Shown here piece after piece: positions 8,853 through 18,455 of a DNA stretch of 32,000 nt. Each line of letters opens with the position of its first letter. Position 1 is the first letter of the stretch. This DNA comes from Crocosphaera subtropica ATCC 51142 (lineage in GTDB: Bacteria; Cyanobacteriota; Cyanobacteriia; Cyanobacteriales; Microcystaceae), in assembly GCF_000017845.1 (NCBI RefSeq), contig NC_010546.1:150001-182000 (forward strand), written 5' to 3'. The notes below the pieces were generated by a model. That model ran no database searches. It saw only the letters and a program-made list of their open reading frames with translations, and was not told the origin of the DNA. A program made the position numbers and the translations under genes.

Positions 8853-10382
8853 ATGGATATTTCCACCCTCATTAAACAACTACAAAATCCAAATAGTTAT
8901 CCCCATACTGTACAAGATTCAATCAAAGTTCTTCAAACCCATGCCTCAGCTATATTCTTAACAGGAAACTATGCTTATAAAATTAAAAAACCTGTTGATT
9001 TTGGCTTTTTAGACTATTCAACCCTTGAGAAACGTCAACATTTTTTAAATCAAGAGTTGGTCATGAATCAAGCGATCGCTCCTGATATTTATTTAGAAGT
9101 GTTACCAATAACTATCAAGAATGATCAGGTAAAAATAGGAGAAGAAGGGAAAATTATAGATTATGTTCTTAAGATGAATCAATTTCCTCAAGATTGTTTA
9201 TTTATCAATCTATTTCAAGCAGGAAAACTAGAAAAAAAGCATCTAGAAAACTTAGGAAAAGTAGTTGCAGAGTTTCACAAAAATACGCAAACGAATGATT
9301 ATATTCGTCGTTTTGGTAATATTGAGATGATCAAAAAGTCCATTGATGAGAATTATGAAAGAACAGAAAAATATATCGGTATTGTCCAAACAGAAAAACA
9401 ATATCAGGAAACAAAAGAGTTTACCAACCACTATTTTGAGCTAAAACAGAACTATTTTAAACAACGACAACAAGCAGATAAAATCAGAGAATGTCACGGA
9501 GACTTACACTTAAAAAATGTTTGTCTATGGAATGGTAAAATAGAGTTATTTGATCGTATCGAATTCAATGAAGAATTTCGCTATGTTGATGTGATGTTTG
9601 ATATAGCATTTACTATTATGGACTTAGATGCAAGAAATCGCACAGATTTTAGTAATATTTTTCTCAATACTTATTTAGAATATACGGGAGATTGGCAAGG
9701 TTTACAAGTATTACCCCTCTATCTTTCCCGTCAAGCGTATGTTAGAGCAAAAGTTAATTCGATGCTACTGGATGATTCTAATATTAGCGAAAAAGAGCAT
9801 CAAAAAGCCCAAGAAGATGCAAAAAATTATTATCATTTAGCCTGGAAATATACCCAACAACATCAAGGAAAAATCATTATGATGTCAGGGTTATCAGGAT
9901 CAGGAAAAACCACCATGGCCAAATATCTTGCTCAAGACATTAATGCCATTTTAATTCGTTCCGATGCTGTACGAAAACACCGAGGAAACATCCCCTTAGA
10001 TGAGACTGGAGACAACGAACTTTATAGTGCAGCAATGAACCAAGAAACCTATAAAACTTTAATTCAATTAGGTGAAATGATGGCAAAAGAAGGATTTAAT
10101 GTTATTTTAGACGCTAAATTTGATCGTCATCAATGGCGAGAAACCGTGATAGAAATAGCTAAAAAATATAATATTTCCTTGACTATTTTATATTGTTATG
10201 CACCTCTAAAAATTTTAAGCGATCGCCTCTCAAAACGCCAAGGAGATATTTCCGACGCAACCCCTAATTTATTAAAACAACAACAAAATAATGCCCAAGA
10301 CTTTAACGAAAAAGAAATGAGTTATGTTAAGATAATCGACACCACTAACAACTGGAAAGAACAAATTAAAGACTTATTTTAG
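8853..10382 (+). CDS. Bifunctional aminoglycoside-phosphotransferase-like kinase / P-loop (AAA_33) ATP-binding protein
   Basis: 509-aa ORF. The N-terminal 'YAYKIKKPVDFGFLDYSTLEKR' and the kinase catalytic 'HGDLHLKNV' are APH-like. The C-terminal Walker A is 'MMSGLSGSGKTT'. Confidence 0.8.
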   Translation: MDISTLIKQLQNPNSYPHTVQDSIKVLQTHASAIFLTGNYAYKIKKPVDFGFLDYSTLEKRQHFLNQELVMNQAIAPDIYLEVLPITIKNDQVKIGEEGKIIDYVLKMNQFPQDCLFINLFQAGKLEKKHLENLGKVVAEFHKNTQTNDYIRRFGNIEMIKKSIDENYERTEKYIGIVQTEKQYQETKEFTNHYFELKQNYFKQRQQADKIRECHGDLHLKNVCLWNGKIELFDRIEFNEEFRYVDVMFDIAFTIMDLDARNRTDFSNIFLNTYLEYTGDWQGLQVLPLYLSRQAYVRAKVNSMLLDDSNISEKEHQKAQEDAKNYYHLAWKYTQQHQGKIIMMSGLSGSGKTTMAKYLAQDINAILIRSDAVRKHRGNIPLDETGDNELYSAAMNQETYKTLIQLGEMMAKEGFNVILDAKFDRHQWRETVIEIAKKYNISLTILYCYAPLKILSDRLSKRQGDISDATPNLLKQQQNNAQDFNEKEMSYVKIIDTTNNWKEQIKDLF

Positions 10383-10768
10383 CTATTGATAATTTAGAAA
10401 ACTTTACCCACCCTAAAAAATACAAAGAACAAGTTAAACAAATCAGATGAGGAAGAGACGATAAAAAAAGGAAGCATCATCGTATAATAAAACCAATAGA
10501 AGTTTGATCTTTTAGTCTCAAAGGAAAAGAAATCCTAGAGGTTTCGACAGAATCATCAAAAGTCGATACACAACTAAGATTTCAAGACATCAAGAGGGGG
10601 ATAGACACATTCCAAGTATAAAGACTGAAATCAAGCTTGCATCCTAATTAGAGATAGTCTAACGCGGTTTTTTGGGGACGCATAATAAGCCACAGTAAGA
10701 CTAAAAAGCGCCCATTGTGTCCTAGACAAACCTCATCAGAAGTACGTCACGAACAAAAGGAGATTAAT

Positions 10769-12070
10769 TTGGTTAGTACAACATCATTGAAAACCACAAA
10801 ATCAGAAGACATTTTTGCTGCTGCCCAAAAATTAATGCCAGGGGGTGTCAGTTCTCCCGTTAGGGCGTTTAAGTCCGTTGGTGGGCAACCTATCGTCTTT
10901 GATCACGTCAAAGGTGCTTATATTTGGGACGTAGACGGCAACCAATACATTGATTATGTGGGAACCTGGGGACCGGCTATTTGTGGGCATGCTCATCCTG
11001 AAGTCATTGCAGCCCTTCATGATGCCTTAGATAGAGGAACCAGTTTCGGCGCACCTTGTTTGTTAGAGAATGTTTTAGCAGAAATGGTCATCGATGCGGT
11101 TCCTAGCATCGAAATGGTACGCTTTGTTAACTCCGGCACCGAAGCTTGTATGTCTGTATTGCGCTTAATGCGTGCTTTTACGGGGCGAGACAAAATTATC
11201 AAATTCCAAGGCTGTTATCACGGCCATGCGGATATGTTCTTAGTGCAAGCTGGATCTGGGGTTGCTACCCTTGGGTTACCAGACTCTCCTGGGGTTCCCA
11301 AAACTACTACTGCTAACACCTTAACCGCTCCTTACAACGATTTAGAAGCGGTCAAAGCCCTCTTTGCAGAAAATCCCGATGAGATTGCAGGGGTAATTTT
11401 AGAGCCTGTGGTGGGGAATTCGGGTTTTGTTGTGCCAGATGGCGGATTTTTACAAGGATTACGAGAACTGACCAACGAATATGGTGCTTTACTCGTGTTT
11501 GATGAAGTGATGACCGGGTTTCGTCTTTCCTACGGTGGGGCCCAAGAAAAATTTGGGGTGACTCCCGACTTAACCACTTTGGGTAAAGTTATCGGCGGTG
11601 GTTTGCCGGTCGGTGCTTATGGTGGCCGTAAAGATATTATGTCGATGGTTGCCCCGGCTGGCCCCATGTATCAAGCCGGAACCTTATCGGGAAACCCCTT
11701 GGCCATGACTGCAGGGATCAAAACCCTGGAATTACTGCAAAAACCAGGCACTTATAACCAATTAGAACAAATTACCCAACAGTTAAGCGAAGGTTTATTA
11801 AAGATAGCAAAAGAGGCTGGTCATCAGGTCTGTGGTGGCTATATTGGGGCCATGTTTGGCTTGTTCTTCACAGAAGGTCCTGTGCGTAACTACGATGATG
11901 CGAAAAAGTCTGATTTAGCTAAATTTGGTCGTTTTCATCGTGGAATGTTAGAAAAGGGTGTTTATCTCGCTCCTTCTCAGTTTGAAGCTGGTTTTACTTC
12001 CTTAGCCCATACCTCAGAAGATATTGAGAAGACCTTAGCTGCAGCTAAAGACGTACTTTCTAATCTGTAG
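10769..12070 (+). CDS. hemL: Glutamate-1-semialdehyde 2,1-aminomutase
   Basis: Full-length HemL signature ('[17 protein letters not shown]', '[10 protein letters not shown]', 'LGKVIGGG'). The likely start is TTG at 10769, preceded by aaaaggag (10755-10762). The track start at 10715 adds 18 non-conserved residues. Confidence 0.95.
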   Translation: MVSTTSLKTTKSEDIFAAAQKLMPGGVSSPVRAFKSVGGQPIVFDHVKGAYIWDVDGNQYIDYVGTWGPAICGHAHPEVIAALHDALDRGTSFGAPCLLENVLAEMVIDAVPSIEMVRFVNSGTEACMSVLRLMRAFTGRDKIIKFQGCYHGHADMFLVQAGSGVATLGLPDSPGVPKTTTANTLTAPYNDLEAVKALFAENPDEIAGVILEPVVGNSGFVVPDGGFLQGLRELTNEYGALLVFDEVMTGFRLSYGGAQEKFGVTPDLTTLGKVIGGGLPVGAYGGRKDIMSMVAPAGPMYQAGTLSGNPLAMTAGIKTLELLQKPGTYNQLEQITQQLSEGLLKIAKEAGHQVCGGYIGAMFGLFFTEGPVRNYDDAKKSDLAKFGRFHRGMLEKGVYLAPSQFEAGFTSLAHTSEDIEKTLAAAKDVLSNL

Positions 12071-12084
12071 ATTCTCTAAACTTT

Positions 12085-12112
12085 GTAGGGGTTAACAGCC
12101 GTTAACCCCTAC
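12085..12112. terminator. 12-bp perfect hairpin between convergent hemL and msrB
   Basis: Stem gtaggggttaac (12085-12096), loop agcc, stem gttaacccctac (12101-12112). There is no clear U tract on either side. Confidence 0.55.
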
Positions 12113-12118
12113 GATCAA

Positions 12119-12535
12119 TTATTGCTCAGTTTCTGAATCAAACTCTAAAGAAACCCCATTCATACAATAACGTTGTCCTGTGGGTTTGGGTCCATCAGGA
12201 AAGACATGACCCAAATGACCCCCACAACGACTACAATGGACTTCGGTTCTGGTCATAAATAAAGACCGATCCACTGAGGTTTCAATGGCACCTTCGATGG
12301 GTTGATAAAAGCTTGGCCAACCCGTACCACTGTTATATTTAGTCTCAGAAGTAAATAGGGGTTGTCCACAACCAGCGCATTTATAGACCCCTTCTCCATA
12401 TTCTTTATCTAAGGGACTGGTTCCGGCTCTTTCGGTGCCATGTTTGCGTAAAACGTTAAACTGTTCTGGGGTTAACGCTTCTTTCCATTCTTGTTCGCTT
12501 TTATTGACTTCAAATTGTTTGTCTGATGTTTTCAT
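12119..12535 (-). CDS. msrB: Peptide-methionine (R)-S-oxide reductase
   Basis: 138-aa ORF with SelR motifs '[11 protein letters not shown]', 'GWPSF' and '[12 protein letters not shown]'. Confidence 0.95.
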   Translation of the reverse strand: MKTSDKQFEVNKSEQEWKEALTPEQFNVLRKHGTERAGTSPLDKEYGEGVYKCAGCGQPLFTSETKYNSGTGWPSFYQPIEGAIETSVDRSLFMTRTEVHCSRCGGHLGHVFPDGPKPTGQRYCMNGVSLEFDSETEQ

Positions 12536-12579
12536 GATTGTTTTGTTCCGAAATAACGTCTAATATTTAAGTGTTTTAA

Positions 12580-13371
12580 CTACTCTATATCTATGGTAGT
12601 GGGAGAGTCCCCTGAAGAGGGTTGAGTAGAAAGGGGTTTTCTATAGTCCATGTATAAGCGATCGCGCCACAAGAAGAAAGCATCATAAGTCGTATTATCC
12701 GCTAACCCAGGAATACCCTTTCCTTTTAGGGTATCAGGAATGTCTAAATAATCCCCTCCGGGTTGTTTTAAAATAATACTTAATCCGGCAACCGCTAGAT
12801 CAGCTAAGGTGATTTCATCCCCTACTAAATAGGGTTGATGTTCTAAAATCAGACTGAGGGCTTCTAAGTCTTGTTTAAGGGCTTTAGTGGCTTCTTTGAC
12901 GGCATCTGGACCAAAACCCACACCGGTTCCTAATGCGCTTAATATATCCCCAGGAACTGCACCAATTAAGGTTTTTAAAAAGTCAGGAACTTCTTTGGGC
13001 AGCACAGAAGTCCGAAAATTTGGGTTTTGATTTAAAGCACCAATTAAAGCAATTCTTCCTTTGGTTCCGATGGATTCATCTGCCCATTCTTCTATTAATA
13101 AACATTGTCCTCTCTTGACCGGATCAGTAGGAATAATGGGTTTTTCTGGATATTTTCTATCTAAATAAAAGGCGATATCAGTAGAATCAGCAATAATAGT
13201 ATCCCCATCTTTTAAGACAGGAACTTGTCGTTGTCCTGACATTTTATAGAGGTCCACTTGTCCCACCCCTGGGGTGACTTCTATTTTACGATATTCTAAC
13301 CCTTTATAATCAAGAATTAAACGGACTTTCTCAGAATATTGAGATACTTCAAATTGATACAGTTCTATCAT
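12580..13371 (-). CDS. Glutathione S-transferase family protein
   Basis: It has an N-terminal thioredoxin-like GST fold ('ELYQFEVSQYSEKVRLIL', 'QVPVLKDG') and a helical C-terminal domain. ATG at 13371 is preferred over the TTG at 13389. Confidence 0.8.
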   Translation of the reverse strand: MIELYQFEVSQYSEKVRLILDYKGLEYRKIEVTPGVGQVDLYKMSGQRQVPVLKDGDTIIADSTDIAFYLDRKYPEKPIIPTDPVKRGQCLLIEEWADESIGTKGRIALIGALNQNPNFRTSVLPKEVPDFLKTLIGAVPGDILSALGTGVGFGPDAVKEATKALKQDLEALSLILEHQPYLVGDEITLADLAVAGLSIILKQPGGDYLDIPDTLKGKGIPGLADNTTYDAFFLWRDRLYMDYRKPLSTQPSSGDSPTTIDIE

Positions 13372-13647
13372 GTGCTGTCCTCTCCCCAACAGTCTTTATT
13401 ATCTATTTATACTGTAACGTTTTTTTACAATTTTGTCATAATCGTGTTAGTAGTAAGCTATTAATATTCTGCGTTTTTTTCTGCCAATTGTGTAACTACA
13501 AATCAAAAATTTGTTATAATAAAAGGATCAAGTTTAACGATTATAAATTTTCCTTGAGCTTGAAGCCATTACTGTTAGTAAAAAAGTATTAATTTTTTCT
13601 AAAAACTAATATTAATTCCTATGAAATTATAATCGGAGGCTGAAAAA

Positions 13648-15006
13648 ATGAAATCAGAGCGATCTCGAAGAGATCCGCACTGCGGCGCGCAAACTCGCAT
13701 CGTCATTATGGGAGCAGCCGGACGGGACTTTCATAATTTTAACCAAGTTTATCGCCACAATTCAAACGTGGAAGTGGTGGCTTTTACCGCAGCGCAAATA
13801 TCGGGTATTGCTAACCGTTTTTATCCCCCTTCCTTAGCTGGCCCGCTTTATCCTGAGGGGATACCCATCGTCGATGAAACGGAACTGGATACCCTTTGTC
13901 AAGAAAAAGACATCGATCAAGTCATTTTTGCTTATAGTGACGTGACTCACCGTCAAGTAATGCACCTGGCCTCTCGTGTGTTGGCTGGGGGGGCTGACTT
14001 TTTATTACTCGGACCCCAACAAACCATGTTAACGGCCACCGTCCCCGTCATTGCTGTGTCTGCGGTACGAACCGGGTGTGGAAAATCCCAAACCAGTCGA
14101 TGGTTATCCAAATTATTGCAAAAAAAAAGTTTTACCGTGGCCGTGATTCGTCATCCTATGCCTTACGGCGACTTGGAAAAACAAGCGGTGCAACGATTTG
14201 CCACCCTTGACGACTTAACTCAAGCCAATTGTACCGTAGAAGAACGGGAAGAGTATGAACCCCATATTAATGTCGGTAATATTGTTTATGCCGGGGTAGA
14301 CTACGAAAAAATTGTCCAACAGGCCCAACAAGAAGCGGATATTATCCTCTGGGACGGAGGAAATAACGATTTTCCCTTTATTCGTCCCGACTTACACCTG
14401 GTGTTAGTCGATCCCTTGCGGCCTGGGGATGAAACCACCCATCATCCAGGAGAAGTGGTGTTACGGATGGCTGATATTGTCATCATTGCCAAGGTCGATG
14501 CGGCCGAAGATGCCAATATTCAGAAGGTAAAAGAAACAGCGCAGCAAGTGAACCCCCAGGCTTTAATTATTCAAGGGAAATCGCCTATCGTTTTAGATCA
14601 ACCCGAATTAATTCGAGATCGCCGTGTTTTAGTGGTAGAAGATGGACCGACGACTACCCACGGAGGAATGGCTTACGGGGCCGGTTATATTGCGGCCACT
14701 CGCGCCCAGGCTAAAGAAATTGTCGATCCTCGCCCTTATGCAGTTCCTGAAATTGCTAAAATTTACGAGAACTATCCCCATATTGGATCTGTTTTACCAG
14801 CAATGGGTTATTTTCCTGAACAATTAAAAGCGTTAGAAACAACCATTAATCAAGCGGAGGTTGATGTAGTGGTTGCAGCCACCCCCAGTAACTTAGGAGA
14901 ATTAATTGAGGTCAATAAACCCATTATTCGGGCGAGTTATGAGTTTGCTGAGGCCCAAAGTCCAGGATTAACTGAACAGATAGAAGCGTTCTTAGAAAAA
15001 GTCTAG
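13648..15006 (+). CDS. COG2403-type predicted P-loop NTPase (cyclic 2,3-diphosphoglycerate synthetase-like)
   Basis: 452-aa ORF with 'IMGAAGRDFHNFN' and the P-loop-like 'RTGCGKSQTS'. The Shine-Dalgarno ggagg lies 8-9 nt upstream of the ATG. The family name is from memory and not verified. Confidence 0.6.
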   Translation: MKSERSRRDPHCGAQTRIVIMGAAGRDFHNFNQVYRHNSNVEVVAFTAAQISGIANRFYPPSLAGPLYPEGIPIVDETELDTLCQEKDIDQVIFAYSDVTHRQVMHLASRVLAGGADFLLLGPQQTMLTATVPVIAVSAVRTGCGKSQTSRWLSKLLQKKSFTVAVIRHPMPYGDLEKQAVQRFATLDDLTQANCTVEEREEYEPHINVGNIVYAGVDYEKIVQQAQQEADIILWDGGNNDFPFIRPDLHLVLVDPLRPGDETTHHPGEVVLRMADIVIIAKVDAAEDANIQKVKETAQQVNPQALIIQGKSPIVLDQPELIRDRRVLVVEDGPTTTHGGMAYGAGYIAATRAQAKEIVDPRPYAVPEIAKIYENYPHIGSVLPAMGYFPEQLKALETTINQAEVDVVVAATPSNLGELIEVNKPIIRASYEFAEAQSPGLTEQIEAFLEKV

Positions 15007-15062
15007 AACATCAATAAAGTAAGAAACCTTAGAAGTTAAGATTTTCTACTTTATCAACGATA

Positions 15063-15470
15063 TTAAGAACCAAAGAAATCCTTAACTGCATCAACAACAT
15101 TATCAGACGTTTCTTCTACCTTAGAACCAGCTTCTTCGATGGCATTTTTGGTTCTGCCAATGTCTTGTTTAGCGCGACCTTTAACTTGCTTTGTTGTTCC
15201 TTCAATATTATCTTCTAAGTCGTCGCCGAATTTCTTTTCGACGGTTCCTACATCTTTTTGTACTTTTCCTTCAATTTTATCAGTTGTACCTGACCCTAAC
15301 GCATCATCAACTACATCAGAATCCATTGCAATCATAACAGATGAATTATTTTGACTGATGGCATATGAAGAAGGGACATTACAAGTTAAGGTTCCTAGAA
15401 ACAATCCAGAAACTAATAATAAAACAGCTAATACTCGATTGATTTTTGATAACATAGATTGAATTTTCAT
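15063..15470 (-). CDS. Secreted CsbD-like protein (signal peptide + CsbD-type repeat region)
   Basis: 135-aa ORF with an N-terminal hydrophobic signal 'VLAVLLLVSGLFLGTL'. The 'DKIEGKVQKDVG...KQVKGRAKQDIG' segment matches the CsbD pattern. Confidence 0.65.
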   Translation of the reverse strand: MKIQSMLSKINRVLAVLLLVSGLFLGTLTCNVPSSYAISQNNSSVMIAMDSDVVDDALGSGTTDKIEGKVQKDVGTVEKKFGDDLEDNIEGTTKQVKGRAKQDIGRTKNAIEEAGSKVEETSDNVVDAVKDFFGS

Positions 15471-15591
15471 AATTGTGATTATGGCAGAAGTGGATAATGT
15501 AGATAAAACCGATAGGCAAAATTTTTATCAAAGAAAAGGAGATTAGAAGTTAATGTTCTCTTCTCTTTGATAAAACTAGATGATTAGTCCA

Positions 15592-15774
15592 TTAATCGAT
15601 AGCTTTCTTGACTTTATCTTTAGCATCTTCTACAGAATGTTGTGCTTCTGCTTTTGCTTGTTTCATTTTTCCTTCTGCTTTATCTTCAGGATCACCCGTA
15701 ACTTCTCCAACCATTTCTTGGGCCTTTCCCTCAAGATTTTTCATCGTTGCGTCTACTCTATCTTCTGTACTCAT
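15592..15774 (-). CDS. CsbD-family general stress protein
   Basis: 60-aa ORF 'KNLEGKAQEMVGEVTGDPEDKAEGKMKQAKAEAQ' is a canonical CsbD. Confidence 0.85.
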   Translation of the reverse strand: MSTEDRVDATMKNLEGKAQEMVGEVTGDPEDKAEGKMKQAKAEAQHSVEDAKDKVKKAID

Positions 15775-16303
15775 AATAAAGTAATACTCCTCTTAGTTTT
15801 GTTAACGTAACTGTCTATTAGTTTAAGGCGAACAGTGATTATAAAACTTCTATCAAAAGATATATTATTAATCATTCAATCTTATGGTTCTTTCTTTCTC
15901 TAGGTATAATAATTACTCTCAATGCAATCTATCTTAGGAAGGAGGTTATTCCTTTTTATTTTTTCTTATGATAACAAGTAGGTAAATAGGTAAAGCAGAA
16001 GCTTAAATGTTTACTATGCCTTAATTAATTGTTACAGGATATTGTCAAGTCCCTAAATATAAAAATAAGAAAGATCAATATCTTATAACTAAATAAAACA
16101 AAAACCTCGAATATTGCAAAAGTAATTTTTATTATGATATTTTCTTCTATTTTTATAACACAACTTGGAGTTTTTCTATAATTCATGGATATATTTTTAT
16201 TTTCATCTCTTTAATCGTGATTAGTAGAGGTTGTATTGATAGAATCAATGAGATTTATTGAATCATTTTATCGTCTTTATTGATAGTCGTGAGGAAACCA
16301 CTT

Positions 16304-17116
16304 ATGATATTAAAACAATTATCAGCTTTGATAAGTATTGTTCCGTTTTTATTGATTCAAAATGGAGTAAATCCCCTGAAAGCAGCAGAAACACAAGAGA
16401 TATTACTATCTCAAAATGATACTTGTCGGGAAGTTAGTTCTGATTCATTGGTCAACGTTAAAAATGCACCCACTGGCTTAATTGTTGGTCGTTTAGAAAG
16501 TGCAGATCGGGTTTATATTATAGATGAAGTTGAAGATGGATGGGTACAAATTAGTTACCCTATTGCTGGATATGTTTATGCTGATAATTTAACCTATTGT
16601 ACCGGTAATAGTTCTAGTGAGCAACCGAGTAATTATGACAATCCAACAGCAGCAAATCCCACTACAGTTCCAGGAAGTAACTGTCGACAAGTGAGTAGGG
16701 ATCAATTATTAGTTAGACAAAAACCTAACGGTGAAATTGTGGGACAATTAACCGACGAACAACGAGTTATGATTGCTAATGAAGGATTTAATGGTTGGGT
16801 TCCTATTGAATATCCTATTAATGGTTATGTTGCCTCTCAATATTTAACCGATTGTGAGACGACTGCTAACCTTCCTACCTCAGTTAATGAAGAAAATATT
16901 ACCACTTTAGCTGATAGTAATTGTCGTCAAATTATGTCCCCTGATGTTCCCGTTAGAGCAAAACCGATGGGTAATATTATTGGCAAATTAGATCAAAATA
17001 ATCAAGTTTCTATTGCTAACGAAGGTTATGATGGTTGGGTTCCCATTGAACGCCCCTATAGTGGTTATGTAACAGCAGCTAATCTAGGGAATTGTACCGC
17101 TTCAAATAATCAATAA
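16304..17116 (+). CDS. Secreted protein with three bacterial SH3 (SH3b) repeats
   Basis: It has a signal-like N-terminus and three ~65-aa repeats, each 'C-R-x-(V/I)...GW(V)(P/Q)IE(Y/R)P..GYV....L..C'. ATG at 16304 with gagga 8 nt upstream is preferred over the TTG at 16280. Confidence 0.8.
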   Translation: MILKQLSALISIVPFLLIQNGVNPLKAAETQEILLSQNDTCREVSSDSLVNVKNAPTGLIVGRLESADRVYIIDEVEDGWVQISYPIAGYVYADNLTYCTGNSSSEQPSNYDNPTAANPTTVPGSNCRQVSRDQLLVRQKPNGEIVGQLTDEQRVMIANEGFNGWVPIEYPINGYVASQYLTDCETTANLPTSVNEENITTLADSNCRQIMSPDVPVRAKPMGNIIGKLDQNNQVSIANEGYDGWVPIERPYSGYVTAANLGNCTASNNQ

Positions 17117-17136
17117 ATTTTCATTAAAATAGATAA

Positions 17137-17169
17137 AATTGGGATCTTAATCGTGTTAAGATCCCAATT
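17137..17169 (+). terminator. 14-bp perfect hairpin between the SH3b gene and the PLD gene (terminator/attenuator candidate)
   Basis: Stem aattgggatcttaa (17137-17150), loop tcgtg, stem ttaagatcccaatt (17156-17169). There is no U tract. Confidence 0.5.
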
Positions 17170-17187
17170 CTATGAATAGGAATAAAA

Positions 17188-18453
17188 ATGATCATTAATA
17201 TTTTATTGTTTCTCATTATCATTATTTTAGTTAGTCTATATTTACAAGGCTATTTTCAGCCAGATAAAAATTATCGCTTTAAAAATTTTCCTACATCAGA
17301 TTTAGAGTGTTTTGGATTGACTGTTGCTAATTTTTCTGATTCATTTATTGTTTCAGGGAAGATTATTAATTTTTGGGTAGGGGCTAACGAAATTTTCTCA
17401 GCCAGACTAAATGCCATCGAAAAAGCTAAAAATTTTATCCAGCTTGAAACCTATATTATGACCCCAGGAAATCGGGCTGATCAATTTGCTGAAGCCATCA
17501 TAAAGAAAGCAAGAACTGGGGTAAAAGTTCAATTAGTGGTGGATAATTATGGGGTTAAATCTATGCCAGACTCTTATTGGAAAAATTTTAAAAAAGAAGA
17601 CATAGAAGTTCGGAAATTCAATCAGTTTCAATGGCGAAATCCTCTAAAAAATTTAAGACGAAATCACCGTAAACTCTTAATTATTGATAATGAAATTGCC
17701 TTAATTGGAGGTGCAGGAATTTCTGATCGTTGGGATGGTTGGTCAGAAATTGGAGATCAAGAACCCTGGCTAGATTATGAAATTGCTATAGAAGGAAACA
17801 TTTTAACAAGACTGTCTGGGTTTTTTTGGCAACATTGGTTAGATAGCAGAGGGGTGATTGATTTTCTTAATATTCCCTCCCAACAAAAACAAGATAACTT
17901 ACCCAAAATTTTAGTTACCGCTAATGATTATCCCAGTTATAAAGATTCATCGATTCGTGGTCTTTTCCAAACCTTAATTTTAGGGTCAACTCAACGACTT
18001 TGGATCGCCAGTCCTTACTTTTTACCGAATTCTAATTCCTGTCGAATGTTACGGGATGCCAAAGCAAGGGGAGTGGATGTAAAAATTCTCACCATGGGAG
18101 AACATTGTGATAAAGGTTTTGTGCGTAAAGTGACCCGTGAACGTTATGATAAATTATTCAAGGGGGAAATACCCATTCATGAATATCAACCCAGTATGAT
18201 TCATGCCAAAATCATTTTAGTAGATGAGGATTGGATTTGTTTAGGAAGTGCTAATTTTGATCCCCGTAGCTTTTTTCAAAACGATGAATTAAACTTGTCT
18301 ATTAAAAATCGTGACTTTGCTGATCGAGTTGAACAATTTTTTATTAAAGCCTTTGAAAAAAGTCATCTTATTACCATAGAAGACTGGCACAAAAGACCTT
18401 TTGGTGATCGCTTAATTGGTTCTTTCTGGTCATTATTTTATTGGCAGCTATAA
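17188..18453 (+). CDS. Phospholipase D / cardiolipin synthase-like protein (two HKD motifs, N-terminal TM)
   Basis: 421-aa ORF with HKD motifs 'HRKLLIIDNEIALIGGAGISD' and 'HAKIILVDEDWICLGSANFD', and an N-terminal hydrophobic helix. Confidence 0.85.
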   Translation: MIINILLFLIIIILVSLYLQGYFQPDKNYRFKNFPTSDLECFGLTVANFSDSFIVSGKIINFWVGANEIFSARLNAIEKAKNFIQLETYIMTPGNRADQFAEAIIKKARTGVKVQLVVDNYGVKSMPDSYWKNFKKEDIEVRKFNQFQWRNPLKNLRRNHRKLLIIDNEIALIGGAGISDRWDGWSEIGDQEPWLDYEIAIEGNILTRLSGFFWQHWLDSRGVIDFLNIPSQQKQDNLPKILVTANDYPSYKDSSIRGLFQTLILGSTQRLWIASPYFLPNSNSCRMLRDAKARGVDVKILTMGEHCDKGFVRKVTRERYDKLFKGEIPIHEYQPSMIHAKIILVDEDWICLGSANFDPRSFFQNDELNLSIKNRDFADRVEQFFIKAFEKSHLITIEDWHKRPFGDRLIGSFWSLFYWQL

Positions 18454-18455
18454 TT

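Noticed and set aside
10715-10768. The upstream alternative (TTG) start of hemL given by the ORF track.
   Set aside because: It adds 18 residues ([18 protein letters not shown]) with no resemblance to HemL N-termini. The downstream TTG has a strong Shine-Dalgarno sequence.
15580-15810. 76-aa plus-strand ORF overlapping the csbD gene, and 15139-15354 overlapping the larger CsbD-like gene.
   Set aside because: These are antisense shadows rich in Phe/Cys/Ser. The minus-strand products match the CsbD pattern.
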